Below, in pieces: positions 1-10,733 of a stretch of DNA of 64,000 nucleotides (positions are counted from its first letter, which is position 1; each line of letters starts with the position of its first letter). The DNA is taken from the NCBI GenBank assembly GCA_035776675.1, contig DASTWO010000067.1, positions 207-64,206 of the forward strand, written 5' to 3'. The notes under the pieces were generated by a model. The model saw nothing but the letters and a program-made list of their open reading frames with translations. It had not been told where the DNA came from and made no database searches. Position numbers and translations under genes: made by a program. The DNA comes from Bacillales bacterium. GTDB lineage: Bacteria > Bacillota > Bacilli > Bacillales > DASSOY01.

Positions 1-455
1 TAAGCGTGCCCCTGAGACTTGTGGGAAAGGTGGACCTTGGACTTCAGCTTTCCTCCTTTCGGAGCGGTAAAGACAATCTTGGAAAAGGTGAAGACGGGGA
101 TATCCGATGGTTTCTCATCTGACCTGTGCATGTCGAGATGGTATTGAAGGTATACATTCCCGTTAGCGTAGTTCGGCGTTACCCAGACTCGGTCAATTGT
201 CAGGGTTCGATTAAGGTCTTGCAAAGGATACGTTCGGTCAATGAATGTCGTAAGGCCGTTTTGGTAGGCTAATTTCAATTGAGGGACGTGAAGGGATTCT
301 TCGGCCATTAATGCATCTATGTCCGGAACCTTGTTGAAAGTTTGCGGGTCGACCTCGAAATGGCTGTACCATTTGATCGTTCGGGTCACTCCGATAAACA
401 AGATGAGTGCGGCAGTCACGGCCAGTATTTTTTTAATAGTTGGGTGTATACTCAT
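1..455 (-). CDS. hypothetical membrane-anchored protein, N-terminal part only (gene runs off the window start)
   Basis: Hand translation of the minus strand from ATG (455-453) to nt 1 has no stop codon (MSIHPTIKKILAVTAALILFIGVTRTIKWYSHFEVDPQTF...LSHKSQGHA). GGGAG lies about 10 nt upstream. There is one N-terminal hydrophobic segment. It is absent from the supplied ORF track because it has no stop inside the window. No family recognised. Confidence 0.55.
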   Translation of the reverse strand, partial: MSIHPTIKKILAVTAALILFIGVTRTIKWYSHFEVDPQTFNKVPDIDALMAEESLHVPQLKLAYQNGLTTFIDRTYPLQDLNRTLTIDRVWVTPNYANGNVYLQYHLDMHRSDEKPSDIPVFTFSKIVFTAPKGGKLKSKVHLSHKSQGHA

Positions 456-590
456 TATGAGTGTGTCTCCCTCTAGAGCGTTAAGAGCGTTCAGGCACTA
501 TCTTTCTATTATGCTAACACAGAATGAGGAAGGATTTGTATTTAAGAGTGTCGAATTTCTATATTGAAATGCACATATAGGGGGGGTTCT

Positions 591-3023
591 ATGAGTTCAC
601 CGGTTTCGTTCCCGCAAAAGAGTGGTCCGCGATTATGGCCAGCAAGAAGACGATGGAAAGTGGTGCTGATTGTTTTGATTATCTTTCTGTTGTTGATCGG
701 TGCCGGCTTGGCCTATGGCTATTGGTCTCTGCAGAGAGATCTGCCGACTACGGAAGGAACGTTGACACTGTCTGGTTTGCGTCAGTCAGTGACGATCTAT
801 CGGGACAAGAATGGCGTGCCTCACATTAAGGCGAAAAATATGCATGATTTGTTCATGGCACAGGGTTTCATCACGGCGCAGGCCAGAATGTTTCAAATGG
901 ACTTAAGTCGCCGACAGGCTTCAGGAACGTTAAGTGAGGTTGTGGGCGAAGCCACTGTTGAAAGGGATAAGCTATTTCGGACACTAGGGCTGCGAAGGTG
1001 GGCAAAGAAGTCACTCCCGATTTATTCAGAGCATGCACAGGATGTGCTTCAGTGGTACGCTGATGGTGTAAATGCCTACATAGGTCGTGCTGAAGAAATC
1101 GGAACGCTGCCGGTTGAATTTCGAATTCTCGGTTATGAGCCGGATCCGTGGTCACCTGTTGATTCACTGACAATCGGAAAATACATGGCTTATACGCTTG
1201 GTGGACATTGGGAAGGACAGGCGTTTCGGTATTATTTAGTTGAGCACTTTCCTGAGAAAAAAGCAATGGCACTGTTCCCGTCATATCCAGATGATGCGCC
1301 GACCATTCTTCAGGCGATTCGTGCCAATCCTCTTGATATTGAAAAAAGCTTCGCTTCGGTTGTTACACCAAATCCTTTCAATGGAAGCAATAACTGGGTT
1401 GTTTCAGGCGAGAAAACAGCGTCGGGTAAGCCTTACCTGGCCAATGATCCGCATCTGGGGCTGGCAACGCCGTCAATATGGTATGAAACGAATTTGGTAA
1501 CACCTGATGTTAATGTAAGCGGTGTCATATTTGCCGGTGTGCCGGGAATTATTGTCGGCCACAATCAGTATATCGCATGGGGCGTAACGAATGTTGGGCC
1601 GGACGTACAGGATTTGTACATTGAGAAGCGGAATCCGGACAACCCGCATGAGTTTCTGTACAAAGATGAGTGGTACAATGCAAAGGTTATTTCCGAGAAT
1701 ATCCGTGTAAAAGGTGGAAAGGTGATTCCGTTTGACGTAACGATTACTCGTCACGGGCCGATTGTCTCTGAATTTGCACATGATGATCATCCTGACACGG
1801 CACTGGCAATGAAATGGACGGCCTTACAGCCGACTACGGAACTTCAAGCTGTTTTGAAGTTCATGAAAGCGAAGAACTGGGACGAGTTCAAAGAAGCACT
1901 TACTTATTTTCAGGTTCCCGCACAAAATTTCGTGTTTGCTTCAAAAAACGGGACTATTGCTTATCGCGCCAACGGGTTAATTCCGATTCGGAAAAATGGA
2001 GATAGCTTGTTGCCCGTCCCAGGGTGGACGGATAAATATGAATGGACAGGTTTTATCCCATGGAATGAACTGCCGACCGTAGTCAACCCTGATGAAGGCT
2101 TTATCGCGACGGCCAATAATAAAGTAACACCGGATGATTATCCTTATCATATATCCAACGTTTGGGCTGAGCCCTATCGAATCGAACGAATCCGCCATGT
2201 GTTGTCGAGCCAGGATACGTTTACCGTTAAAGATATGAAAGACTTGCAATTTGATCATGAAAATTTGCGGGCGAAAGAATTCTTGCCTGTTTTGTTACCG
2301 GAATTAATGAAGGCTGACGGTCATTTACGTGAAATTGATCAAAAGGTGATTGAGCTTCTAAAGAGTTGGATTCATGAAGATGATAAGGATTTGGCGGCTC
2401 CGCTTGTCTTTAATCTTTGGATGCGAAATTTCGATGATGTGTTGTTTGAAGAACAAATGGATAAAGAAATGATGGAATTATTTACGAACAAGACGCAGGC
2501 AGTCGATCATATGATTCGCGAGGCGGCCAAAGGCGCAGCCGGCCCCTGGATGGAAGAAAACGGAGGGTTTTCTAAGGTGGCTTATGCGGCATTCAAACTG
2601 GCTGTAGACCGTGCGGTGAAGTTACAGGGTGATAATCCGGAAACGTGGCAATGGGGCGAATTTCATGAGGTTCCGTTTCACCATCCATTGTCAGCTGTCA
2701 AACCTTTAAATCTATTGTTTGACCCTGATTCGAACCCTGTAAGCGGAAGTTGTGTAACCGTCAATGCCACTTGTTGGGACACAAAAACAGGAGAAGTGGA
2801 TCATGGTCCTGCCTGGCGTACGGTGATTGACATGGCAAGTCCGCAGGAAAGCTGGAATGTGGTGACACCAGGGCAATCCGGGCATGTTCTCAGCAAATGG
2901 TACGATGATCAGGTCAATGAATGGGTAAACGGACGCTATCATCTTACTTCAACAGTGGAGTCCGATTTCAGCAGAAATTCGGAACACCTTCTATTAAAGC
3001 CCGGAAAAACGGCCGGGAATTGA
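591..3023 (+). CDS. penicillin amidase / acylase family (Ntn-hydrolase S45) protein, membrane-anchored or secreted
   Basis: 811 aa counted from the ATG at 591, which follows AGGGGGGG; the ORF track starts at 564. N-terminal TM/signal segment (VVLIVLIIFLLLIGAGLAYGYW). Candidate Ntn nucleophile region PFNGSNNWVVSGEKTASGKPYLANDPHL, typical of this family. Confidence 0.85.
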   Translation: MSSPVSFPQKSGPRLWPARRRWKVVLIVLIIFLLLIGAGLAYGYWSLQRDLPTTEGTLTLSGLRQSVTIYRDKNGVPHIKAKNMHDLFMAQGFITAQARMFQMDLSRRQASGTLSEVVGEATVERDKLFRTLGLRRWAKKSLPIYSEHAQDVLQWYADGVNAYIGRAEEIGTLPVEFRILGYEPDPWSPVDSLTIGKYMAYTLGGHWEGQAFRYYLVEHFPEKKAMALFPSYPDDAPTILQAIRANPLDIEKSFASVVTPNPFNGSNNWVVSGEKTASGKPYLANDPHLGLATPSIWYETNLVTPDVNVSGVIFAGVPGIIVGHNQYIAWGVTNVGPDVQDLYIEKRNPDNPHEFLYKDEWYNAKVISENIRVKGGKVIPFDVTITRHGPIVSEFAHDDHPDTALAMKWTALQPTTELQAVLKFMKAKNWDEFKEALTYFQVPAQNFVFASKNGTIAYRANGLIPIRKNGDSLLPVPGWTDKYEWTGFIPWNELPTVVNPDEGFIATANNKVTPDDYPYHISNVWAEPYRIERIRHVLSSQDTFTVKDMKDLQFDHENLRAKEFLPVLLPELMKADGHLREIDQKVIELLKSWIHEDDKDLAAPLVFNLWMRNFDDVLFEEQMDKEMMELFTNKTQAVDHMIREAAKGAAGPWMEENGGFSKVAYAAFKLAVDRAVKLQGDNPETWQWGEFHEVPFHHPLSAVKPLNLLFDPDSNPVSGSCVTVNATCWDTKTGEVDHGPAWRTVIDMASPQESWNVVTPGQSGHVLSKWYDDQVNEWVNGRYHLTSTVESDFSRNSEHLLLKPGKTAGN

Positions 3024-3077
3024 AAAGTGCATTAAAAAAAACGAGGCATCGGTCCGACAGACCGTTCCTCGTTTGCT

Positions 3078-4028
3078 TTATATCAAATGATCTACGATCA
3101 GTCCCAATGTTAGCAACGCTCCAAAGAGCGTTTGCATTTGGGCAGTAGCCTTCATAGCGGGCATCATTTGGATCGAAATGGTTTTCCCTCTGAATAGCCG
3201 CGTAGCCTGTATCGCTTTCGGGATGCTTGCCAACACAAAAAGCAGCCACGGCGAAGCGATTCCAAGAAGAATAAGAGCCGAAATCCATAAATAGGAGAAA
3301 ATAAACATGGCACTGAGTAGAGTGATAGCTTTGGGCCGGCCAAGCAAAATCGCCAACGTTTGCCGCCCTTTATCTTTGTCTCCATCCAAGTCACGAATGT
3401 TATTGGCAAGCAAGATTCCGCCGATCAACACAGCTATTGGAATAGAGATGAGAATGCTTTCCGGTGTGACCTTACCTGTTTGAATGAAAAAGGAAATGAG
3501 AACAATAATAAGTCCCATGAATAAACCGGATGTGAATTCGCCGAATGGCGTATAGGCGATTGGGTACGGGCCGCCTGTGTAGAAATAACCCGCCGCCATA
3601 CAGATAAGTCCAATTGCCGCCAACCACCAACTGCTTTGGATGCAAATATAAATGCCGAGTAGTATGGCTGTGGCAAGGAACCCGAAAGCCAGCTTTAGAA
3701 CGGTTTCAGCCCTGACTCCATCCCGTACAATGGTTCCGCCAATTCCCACAGAAGCTTCGGTATCAAGCCCGCGCTTGAAATCATAATACTCATTGAACAT
3801 GTTGGTCGCCGCTTGTATGAGAAGTGATGCAACTAACATGGCCAAAAAAACGGGGAAGTCAACTGTACCGAAAGAGAGGGCAAGAGACGTACCGACCAAT
3901 ACCGGGATAAAAGCGGCCGTTAAGGTATGAGGACGAAGTAACTTCCACCATATCCGCCAACCTTTATTCTTTTTCAGTTGATGATTCGTTGGATCATAGT
4001 CAAGGCTTTGTGGGTCCGCCATTGTCAT
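3078..4028 (-). CDS. menA: 1,4-dihydroxy-2-naphthoate polyprenyltransferase
   Basis: 316-aa polytopic membrane protein with UbiA-type Asp-rich motifs (NMFNEYYDFKRGLD; NNIRDLDGDKDKG). Divergent from the men operon. Confidence 0.9.
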   Translation of the reverse strand: MTMADPQSLDYDPTNHQLKKNKGWRIWWKLLRPHTLTAAFIPVLVGTSLALSFGTVDFPVFLAMLVASLLIQAATNMFNEYYDFKRGLDTEASVGIGGTIVRDGVRAETVLKLAFGFLATAILLGIYICIQSSWWLAAIGLICMAAGYFYTGGPYPIAYTPFGEFTSGLFMGLIIVLISFFIQTGKVTPESILISIPIAVLIGGILLANNIRDLDGDKDKGRQTLAILLGRPKAITLLSAMFIFSYLWISALILLGIASPWLLFVLASIPKAIQATRLFRGKTISIQMMPAMKATAQMQTLFGALLTLGLIVDHLI

Positions 4029-4183
4029 TTCTCCCCTCTGTATTCTTAAGACACAATTATAACATGATATCTGATCTAAGTTTATGGAATTGCTTCCGGG
4101 GTGTCAAATCCATTGTTTGTCATATTTATTCGGAATTGAGGGAGAATGAAAATTCAGCTTTCCTGTAGATTAGAAGGGTTTCG

Positions 4184-4213
4184 TTGACAGTCTAAAGCGC
4201 TGGGGTGTATATT
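4184..4213 (+). promoter_or_regulatory. putative sigmaA promoter of the men operon
   Basis: TTGACA (4184-4189), 18-nt spacer, TATATT (4208-4213), about 60 nt upstream of the menF GTG. Confidence 0.4.
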
Positions 4214-4272
4214 TTTATTGGACATGGGACCGGATATTTTCGGTCTTTTTTACGGACGAGGAGGGGAATTCG

Positions 4273-5670
4273 GTGACGGTCGTTAAGCAGCAGGAATTTC
4301 AACAGTTATTGGCAAGGGGTTTGGAACAGGCGCGCCAGGCTTCAGCCAATGTCCTAATAAGTCAATCGACACGTTGGCCATCCGTTGACCCTCTTTCATT
4401 TTTCGCTTGTGAAGGAAAGGATCGGTTTTTCTGGATGGATCCGGATGGAAAGACCGTTGTAGTCGGCCTGGGAGCTGCCTGGTATTTGCGTGCCCAAGGC
4501 GAAAAGCGATTTGAAAAAATAGAGAAGCAACGTAAAGATTTGTTAAACGACTGTATTATTGAAGCCGATTCGTCGATTCAGGCGGCGGGACCGTTATTCT
4601 TCGGTGGATTCTCATTTGATCCGGAAAAGAATAAAACGAATGTTTGGCATTCTTTCTCAGACGCAGAAATGATTCTGCCGACCTTTATGTTGACGGTAAA
4701 CGAAAGAGGCACCTGGTTAACAATCAATAAAGTAGTGGATCCCCATGAAGATCCGGAACAAGAAGGAAGAGATTTAATGGAAGAACGGGACCGGCTGTTG
4801 TTAGAATGCCAGAATCCCGTTCCGAATGATAAGAGAATGGCGTCACCATTTACAGTGACTGAGGTTTTGCCTGATCAGTGGAAGAATGCCGTTCGTGATG
4901 CGGCTTGGGAAATTCGTGAAGATTTGATTGAGAAGGTTGTGTTAAGCCGAGAATTACGGCTTACTGCCGAGCAACCTTTTTCTGCAGTACAGGTGTTGGA
5001 ACGATTGCGCGAGGAACAGCCAAACAGTTTCCTGTTCGCGATTGAGCGAGAAGGCAGTTGTTTTCTCGGGGCTTCTCCTGAACGATTGGTGAAGCGGGAT
5101 GGCAATGAATTGTTATCCTCATGTATTGCCGGTACGACCTCACGGGGCACAACTTTACCGGAAGATCGAGGATTAGGAGAACAGTTGTTGCATGATAGGA
5201 AGAACCTTCATGAACATGAGGTTGTTGTCGATATGATCCGTGATGCCATGGAGAAGGTTTGTTCTTATGTTGATCTTCCAGACGGACCTTCCTTATATAA
5301 AACGAAAAATGTTCAACATTTATATACGCCAGTTGTCGGAACGGCAACACAGAACACATCGATTTTGTCATTAGCGGGGCAGTTGCATCCGACTCCGGCT
5401 CTTGGCGGTTTTCCTCAGCAACAAGCTCTTGAGAAAATACGTGAAATCGAGCCTCATAATCGCGGGTGGTACGGGGCGCCAGTTGGTTGGGTTGATTACA
5501 AAGGCGATGGTGATTTGGCCGTTGCCATTCGTTCGGGCGTTTTACAAGGGAAACAAGCTTCTTTGTTTGCGGGAAACGGGATCGTCGGAGATTCCGAACC
5601 TGAAAGTGAATACTTGGAAACCCAAATGAAATTTCGACCAATGTTGTCTGCGTTGGGAGGCAATTGCTGA
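4273..5670 (+). CDS. menF: isochorismate synthase
   Basis: Chorismate-binding enzyme motifs (GASPERLV, HPTPALGG, NRGWYGAPVGW, AVAIRSG). GTG start after GGAGGGG. First gene of the menFDHBE order. Confidence 0.9.
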   Translation: MTVVKQQEFQQLLARGLEQARQASANVLISQSTRWPSVDPLSFFACEGKDRFFWMDPDGKTVVVGLGAAWYLRAQGEKRFEKIEKQRKDLLNDCIIEADSSIQAAGPLFFGGFSFDPEKNKTNVWHSFSDAEMILPTFMLTVNERGTWLTINKVVDPHEDPEQEGRDLMEERDRLLLECQNPVPNDKRMASPFTVTEVLPDQWKNAVRDAAWEIREDLIEKVVLSRELRLTAEQPFSAVQVLERLREEQPNSFLFAIEREGSCFLGASPERLVKRDGNELLSSCIAGTTSRGTTLPEDRGLGEQLLHDRKNLHEHEVVVDMIRDAMEKVCSYVDLPDGPSLYKTKNVQHLYTPVVGTATQNTSILSLAGQLHPTPALGGFPQQQALEKIREIEPHNRGWYGAPVGWVDYKGDGDLAVAIRSGVLQGKQASLFAGNGIVGDSEPESEYLETQMKFRPMLSALGGNC

Positions 5671-7406
5671 TGGCGGACGGAGAAGTACTCGGCGCGTACG
5701 TGGGCGCGTTCGTGGATGAGTTATCGAGAAGTGATGTCCATCATACTGTCATCTGCCCGGGGTCCCGTTCTACTCCCCTTGCGATGCTGATGGCGGAACA
5801 TCCTGAACTGAAAGTGTGGATGCATGTGGACGAACGTTCGGCCGCATACTTTGCGTTGGGAATGGCGAAATCTCGAAGAGAACCTGTGGCTATTCTTTGT
5901 TCATCAGGCACAGCGGCGGCGAATTTCTTCCCGGCAATAGTTGAAGCTTATGAGTCACATGTCCCATTAATTGTGTTGACGGCTGATCGCCCTCATGAAT
6001 TGCGTGATGTAGGAGCCCCGCAGGCAATAGATCAACTGAAAATATACGGAAACTATGTGAAATGGTTCACGGAAATGGCTTTGCCTGAGTCCTCGGAAGA
6101 AATGCTTCGTTACGTGCGAACCGTTGCGGGGCGAGCTGCTGCAACAGCTCTGACCGTCCCCGGTGGCCCCGTTCATTTGAACTTTCCCTTTCGGGAGCCG
6201 CTTGTGCCGAATCTTTCTTCAGATTTGTGGGCTTCTGGTAGAGAACGTCACCGATATGTATCGGTTTCGGAAGGCAGAAGAAAGCCAGATCATGACCTGA
6301 TCAGAAAGTTTGCCGATGAGTTGAAAGGGATTGAGCAAGGGCTGATTGTTTGCGGACCACAGGATGATTCGGCTTTGCCGGAAGTCATTACTCGCTTAGC
6401 GGAAAAGTTACAATACCCGGTATTGGCCGATCCGTTGTCGCAATTGCGAAGCGGAACCTGTGATAAAAAATGGATTATTGATGGTTATGACGCCTTCTTG
6501 CGGGATGAGTCGGTAACAGAACGGTACGTGCCGAAGGTCATCCTTCGCTTTGGTGCTATGCCAGTGTCTAAGTCCTTTATGAAGTATGTCCGAAAACATC
6601 CGCAAAGCCGATTGATTGTGGTTGATGACAAGCGGTGGCGGGAGCCAACGCAGCTTGCTTCGGATAGGGTTGAAGCTGATCCGGTCTCTTTTTGTGAGGC
6701 CCTTATATGTGAAGTCAATCACAAACCTAATGATTGGGGAAAAGCCTGGTTTCGTTTGAATGAGGTTACAAAAGAGCAAGTTTTGACGCATGGAGTTGAA
6801 GATTCATTATCGGAAGGACAGGTCTTTGCTGAACTTCCTGAGTTAATGCCGCGACAATCCATTCTATTTGTCGGAAACAGCATGCCGGTGCGCGATTTTG
6901 ACACCTTTTTCATGAAAAATGATTTAGACATTTGTACAATGGCAAACCGTGGGGCGAATGGAATTGACGGCGTGGTCTCCAGTGCAATTGGAGCGAGCTC
7001 CCTGGGGGTTCCGCTTGTCCTTGTGATTGGTGATCTGTCGTTTTATCATGATTTGAACGGCCTTCTGGCGGCCAAACTTTATCGTTTGAATGTAACGATT
7101 GTGGTTATTAATAATAATGGTGGCGGGATTTTCTCATTTTTGCCGCAAGCAAGGGAAACTGATCACTTTGAGGATCTTTTCGGGACGCCGACAGATCTTG
7201 AATTTGGAAATGCAGTGGAGATGTACGGCGGTTCTTTCTGCTCGGTGGAAACCTGGCCGCAGTTTCGCGACGAGGTGAAACGCGGCGTCTCGTCTCAGGG
7301 ATTGAACGTTGTTGAAGTTAGAACGAAACGCGATGAAAATACAAGATTGCACCATTCTATCTGGGAGCACGTATCGCGTGCTGTTGGTAAGGGATTGATG
7401 GATTGA
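5670..7406 (+). CDS. menD: SEPHCHC synthase (2-succinyl-5-enolpyruvyl-6-hydroxy-3-cyclohexene-1-carboxylate synthase)
   Basis: ThDP-enzyme motif GDLSFYHDLNGL...NNNGGGIFSFLP. The ATG at 5670 follows GGGAGG and overlaps the menF stop (TGATG). The ORF track start at 5664 is a TTG two codons upstream. Confidence 0.9.
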   Translation: MADGEVLGAYVGAFVDELSRSDVHHTVICPGSRSTPLAMLMAEHPELKVWMHVDERSAAYFALGMAKSRREPVAILCSSGTAAANFFPAIVEAYESHVPLIVLTADRPHELRDVGAPQAIDQLKIYGNYVKWFTEMALPESSEEMLRYVRTVAGRAAATALTVPGGPVHLNFPFREPLVPNLSSDLWASGRERHRYVSVSEGRRKPDHDLIRKFADELKGIEQGLIVCGPQDDSALPEVITRLAEKLQYPVLADPLSQLRSGTCDKKWIIDGYDAFLRDESVTERYVPKVILRFGAMPVSKSFMKYVRKHPQSRLIVVDDKRWREPTQLASDRVEADPVSFCEALICEVNHKPNDWGKAWFRLNEVTKEQVLTHGVEDSLSEGQVFAELPELMPRQSILFVGNSMPVRDFDTFFMKNDLDICTMANRGANGIDGVVSSAIGASSLGVPLVLVIGDLSFYHDLNGLLAAKLYRLNVTIVVINNNGGGIFSFLPQARETDHFEDLFGTPTDLEFGNAVEMYGGSFCSVETWPQFRDEVKRGVSSQGLNVVEVRTKRDENTRLHHSIWEHVSRAVGKGLMD

Positions 7407-8218
7407 TGGACGTCTCGGTCAATGATATCCATATGCATATTGAAATGGCGGGAATCGGGCAGTCTATGGTTGTCCTGCACGGGTTTACCGGGTCCTCGTC
7501 AAATTGGCAGTCTTTTTTCCCGTCATGGAGCCGTGATTTGCAGGTTATTGCGCCAGATCTAATTGGCCACGGAAGATCTTCTGCACCAGAAGATGCAGGA
7601 CGCTATACTATGGACAAGGCGGCGGATGACCTCGCGGCACTCCTAGATCAATTGGAAGTTCAGAAGGCATATGTGTTGGGTTATTCAATGGGCGGACGCC
7701 TCGCGCTGACGTTTGCGATTCGTCATCCTGATCGTGTTTTGAGCTTATTGTTGGAGAGCAGCTCACCGGGATTAGAATCGGAACAGAAACGGAAGGAACG
7801 AATGGAGCGTGATGAGGCTTTGGCTGACCGGATTGAACAAATCGGGGTCGAGGCTTTTGTGAATGAGTGGGAGAAAGTACCACTCTTTGCGACACAAAGC
7901 GCGGAAATTCGGAAACAGTTAAGGATCCAAAGATTGCAAAATCGGGAACGAGGGCTTGCAGGCAGTCTACGCGGCATGGGTACAGGGGCGCAGAGACCGC
8001 TTTGGCAGAAATTGAGCTCATTGGAAATGCCTGTGAAACTGGTTGTCGGTGAATGGGATCATAAGTTTTGCAGGATTGCGGAAGAGATGAATGAAAGGTT
8101 GCCAGACGGCGATATCGTAACCGTTCCGAATGCAGGACATACGATTCATGTGGAACAATCGCGATTTTTTGATAAAATAGTAGATGAATGGATCATCAAA
8201 AATGAAAGGACTGAGTAA
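7403..8218 (+). CDS. menH: SHCHC synthase (alpha/beta hydrolase)
   Basis: Alpha/beta-hydrolase fold with HGFTGS and the nucleophile elbow GYSMGG. ATGA overlap with menD. Position between menD and menB. Confidence 0.85.
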   Translation: MMDVSVNDIHMHIEMAGIGQSMVVLHGFTGSSSNWQSFFPSWSRDLQVIAPDLIGHGRSSAPEDAGRYTMDKAADDLAALLDQLEVQKAYVLGYSMGGRLALTFAIRHPDRVLSLLLESSSPGLESEQKRKERMERDEALADRIEQIGVEAFVNEWEKVPLFATQSAEIRKQLRIQRLQNRERGLAGSLRGMGTGAQRPLWQKLSSLEMPVKLVVGEWDHKFCRIAEEMNERLPDGDIVTVPNAGHTIHVEQSRFFDKIVDEWIIKNERTE

Positions 8219-9041
8219 CTTGCCAGTCGAATGGAAAAAAGCTCATACATACGACGAAATTGTATACGAAAAATGTGAAGAGGGCATTGCCAAAATCACG
8301 ATCAATCGTCCGGAAAAGCACAATGCGTTTACCCCGAGAACGATCGATGAAATGCTTGATGCATTTAGTGATGCCCGGAATGACGGCCGTGTCGGGGCGA
8401 TTATTTTGACCGGTATGGGGGACAAGGCGTTTTGTTCCGGTGGAGATCAGATGGTCAGAGGTGACGGAGGTTATGTTGGTGATGATCAAATTCCTCGACT
8501 GAATTTGCTTGATCTTCAGCGTCTGATGCGTATTATACCCAAACCGATCATCGCGTCGGTTGCAGGTTACGCTATTGGTGGCGGTCACGGACTTCATGTT
8601 ATTTCGGATTTAACGATAGCCGCGGACAATGCGATTTTCGGGCAAACCGAAAGCCGTGTAGGTAGTGTTGATGCCGGATATGGGCAGGGTTACCTTGCCG
8701 AAATCGTTGGCCAGAAAAAGGCTCGTGAAATCTATTACTTAAGCCGCCAATATAATGCGGAAGAGGCCGATAAGATGGGTCTTGTCAATAAGGTTGTACC
8801 GTTGAAGCAGTTAGAAGAGGAAACGATTCAATGGGCCCTTGACCTTGTGGCGAAAAGCCCGACGGCTCTGCGTCTGATGAAAGCGTCGTTTAACGCTGAT
8901 ACGGATGGACTTGCCGGCCTGCAACAACTAGGTGGCGACTCCACGCTGCTTTACTATAGAACGGATGAGTCAAAAGAAGGGCGAGATGCTTTCAAGGAGA
9001 AACGCGAACCCGACTTTTCGAAATTCCCGCGATTCCCTTAA
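8202..9041 (+). CDS. menB: 1,4-dihydroxy-2-naphthoyl-CoA synthase
   Basis: Crotonase-fold protein ([27 protein letters not shown]). The start is ambiguous: ATG 8184, ATG 8202 or TTG 8220. All overlap or abut the menH stop at 8218. Confidence 0.88.
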   Translation: MKGLSNLPVEWKKAHTYDEIVYEKCEEGIAKITINRPEKHNAFTPRTIDEMLDAFSDARNDGRVGAIILTGMGDKAFCSGGDQMVRGDGGYVGDDQIPRLNLLDLQRLMRIIPKPIIASVAGYAIGGGHGLHVISDLTIAADNAIFGQTESRVGSVDAGYGQGYLAEIVGQKKAREIYYLSRQYNAEEADKMGLVNKVVPLKQLEEETIQWALDLVAKSPTALRLMKASFNADTDGLAGLQQLGGDSTLLYYRTDESKEGRDAFKEKREPDFSKFPRFP

Positions 9042-9056
9042 GAATAGAATGGTTGC

Positions 9057-9087
9057 ACGGCTTGATGAGATTTCATCATCAAGCCGT
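9057..9087 (+). terminator. strong hairpin between menB and menE (possible internal terminator or attenuator)
   Basis: ACGGCTTGATGA (9057-9068) pairs with TCATCAAGCCGT (9076-9087): a 12-bp perfect stem with a 7-nt loop. The following T-tract is weak (TTCGTATG). Confidence 0.4.
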
Positions 9088-9248
9088 TTCGTATGTTGAT
9101 TTTCAATTTGGCTGATTGAGGGGTTTCGTGCAATTAGGTATCATTTTCGTGCATTTATTTTATTTATCGTTCATTTATTTTCGAGTTTCGCGCAAATCAA
9201 CTTTTGGACCGTTGTGCTGAAGGATTAGATCTAAGAAGGAGTTTGGAT

Positions 9249-10733
9249 ATGGCAACTGAAAAAATGCCGAATTGGTTGGCAAAAAGAGCGGCACTGACAC
9301 CTGATCGAATCGCTGTGATTTCGAAGGCGGAACAATGGACCTTTGCCGGGTTGAATGAACGAGCTGAGGCAAGTGCACGGCGTTTCAGAGGACTTGGTGT
9401 GAATAAAAGGGAATATGTGGCTTTTTTGATGCAAAATGGACTTCAAGTGGTTGAGGTCATTCATGCAATGCATTACGTTGGGACGGTAATGGTTCCGTTG
9501 AACATTCGTTTAACGGTGCGTGAGTTGGTGTGGCAATTGAAAGATTCAGAAGCGGTGATGCTTGTTTATGATGAGGCTAACGTCGGCAAGGCTGCGGAAA
9601 TTACGGATCTTTTGCCGCATCTGCAAACTGTTTCTTATGAGGATCTTCAGCAAAGCCCGCAGGTGGAAACCGTTTTGGAAACATATGTTGACCTTGAAGA
9701 CTTGCATACAATTGTCTATACCTCGGGGACAACAGGTAATCCGAAAGGCGTGATGTTAACTTACGGCAACCATTGGTGGAGCGCGATTGGTTCTTCGCTT
9801 AATTTAGGATTGCACGAAGACGACCGCTGGCTGGCTTGCGTGCCGCTTTTTCATGTGAGCGGCCTCTCCATCTTAATGCGGAGTGTGATTTATGGAATGA
9901 CCGCTGTTATTCATGAATCATTCGATCCTGAGGAGGCAAATCGTTCAATTGCTGAAGAGGGTGTAACCATTATGTCTGTCGTCAGCGCAATGTTGTCGCG
10001 GATGTTGGAAAGCCTCGGTCCAGATCGTTATCCCAGCCATTTCCGATGTATGTTGCTCGGCGGCGGGCCAGCCCCGCAGGTATTATTGGAAAAGTGTAAA
10101 GAACGGGAGATTCCTGTATTTCAAACATACGGAATGTCGGAAACAGCTTCACAGATTGTTACGCTGGCGCCGGAAAATATGTTGGACAAGCTTGGATCGG
10201 CAGGAAAAGCCCTGTTTCCAGCCGAGTTGAAGATTGAACAAAATGGCGAGCCAGCCGCGGTGGGAGAGGTTGGCGAAATCATTGTACGAGGTCCGAACGT
10301 GACTAAAGGGTATTTGAAGAGGGATGACGAGACGGAGAAAGCGATTCGCGGAGATTGGCTTTATTCTGGTGACCTTGGTTACGTAGATGATGAGGGATTT
10401 CTGTTTGTGCTTGATCGACGCAAAGATCTAATCATTTCGGGCGGAGAAAATGTTTATCCGGCTGAGGTTGAGGCGGTGTTGTTGGCACATCCTGATGTCG
10501 AGGATGCCGGTGTAACGGGCATCTCAGATGAACGATGGGGAGAGATGCCGATAGCTTTTGTAAAGGTGAAAAACGGCTGCGGATTTGATGAAGGCGCCTT
10601 AATCAGCTTCTGCGGCGATCATCTGGCACGCTATAAGGTGCCAAGCCGGGTGTACCAAGCGGATGAACTTCCGCGAAATGCATCGAAGAAACTGTTAAGG
10701 CGCAAACTGGCGGGGCTTATTCGGAAACAGTAG
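9249..10733 (+). CDS. menE: o-succinylbenzoate-CoA ligase
   Basis: AMP-binding motifs YTSGTTGNPKGV and QTYGMSE. ATG at 9249 follows AAGGAG; the ORF track start at 9204 lacks an RBS. Follows menB. Confidence 0.88.
   Translation: MATEKMPNWLAKRAALTPDRIAVISKAEQWTFAGLNERAEASARRFRGLGVNKREYVAFLMQNGLQVVEVIHAMHYVGTVMVPLNIRLTVRELVWQLKDSEAVMLVYDEANVGKAAEITDLLPHLQTVSYEDLQQSPQVETVLETYVDLEDLHTIVYTSGTTGNPKGVMLTYGNHWWSAIGSSLNLGLHEDDRWLACVPLFHVSGLSILMRSVIYGMTAVIHESFDPEEANRSIAEEGVTIMSVVSAMLSRMLESLGPDRYPSHFRCMLLGGGPAPQVLLEKCKEREIPVFQTYGMSETASQIVTLAPENMLDKLGSAGKALFPAELKIEQNGEPAAVGEVGEIIVRGPNVTKGYLKRDDETEKAIRGDWLYSGDLGYVDDEGFLFVLDRRKDLIISGGENVYPAEVEAVLLAHPDVEDAGVTGISDERWGEMPIAFVKVKNGCGFDEGALISFCGDHLARYKVPSRVYQADELPRNASKKLLRRKLAGLIRKQ

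Noticed and set aside
319-567. 82-aa plus-strand ORF from the ORF track
   Set aside because: It lies almost entirely antisense to a longer uninterrupted minus-strand frame (1-455) that has an RBS and a membrane anchor. It has no RBS of its own and no recognisable motif. Treated as spurious.
4228-4252. Short hairpin GACCG-N8-CGGTC followed by TTTTTT in the menF leader (possible attenuator)
   Set aside because: The stem is only 5 bp. I recognise no antiterminator alternative or riboswitch-like conservation. Too weak to call.
4961-5641. Long antisense or overlapping ORFs (e.g. 4961-5641, 13422-13958, 42345-42959, 49214-49723, 52028-52654, 57600-58223)
   Set aside because: All lie opposite or out of frame within genes that have strong family signatures. 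Their translations are low-complexity or Arg/Ser/Pro-rich with no motifs. These are typical shadow ORFs.
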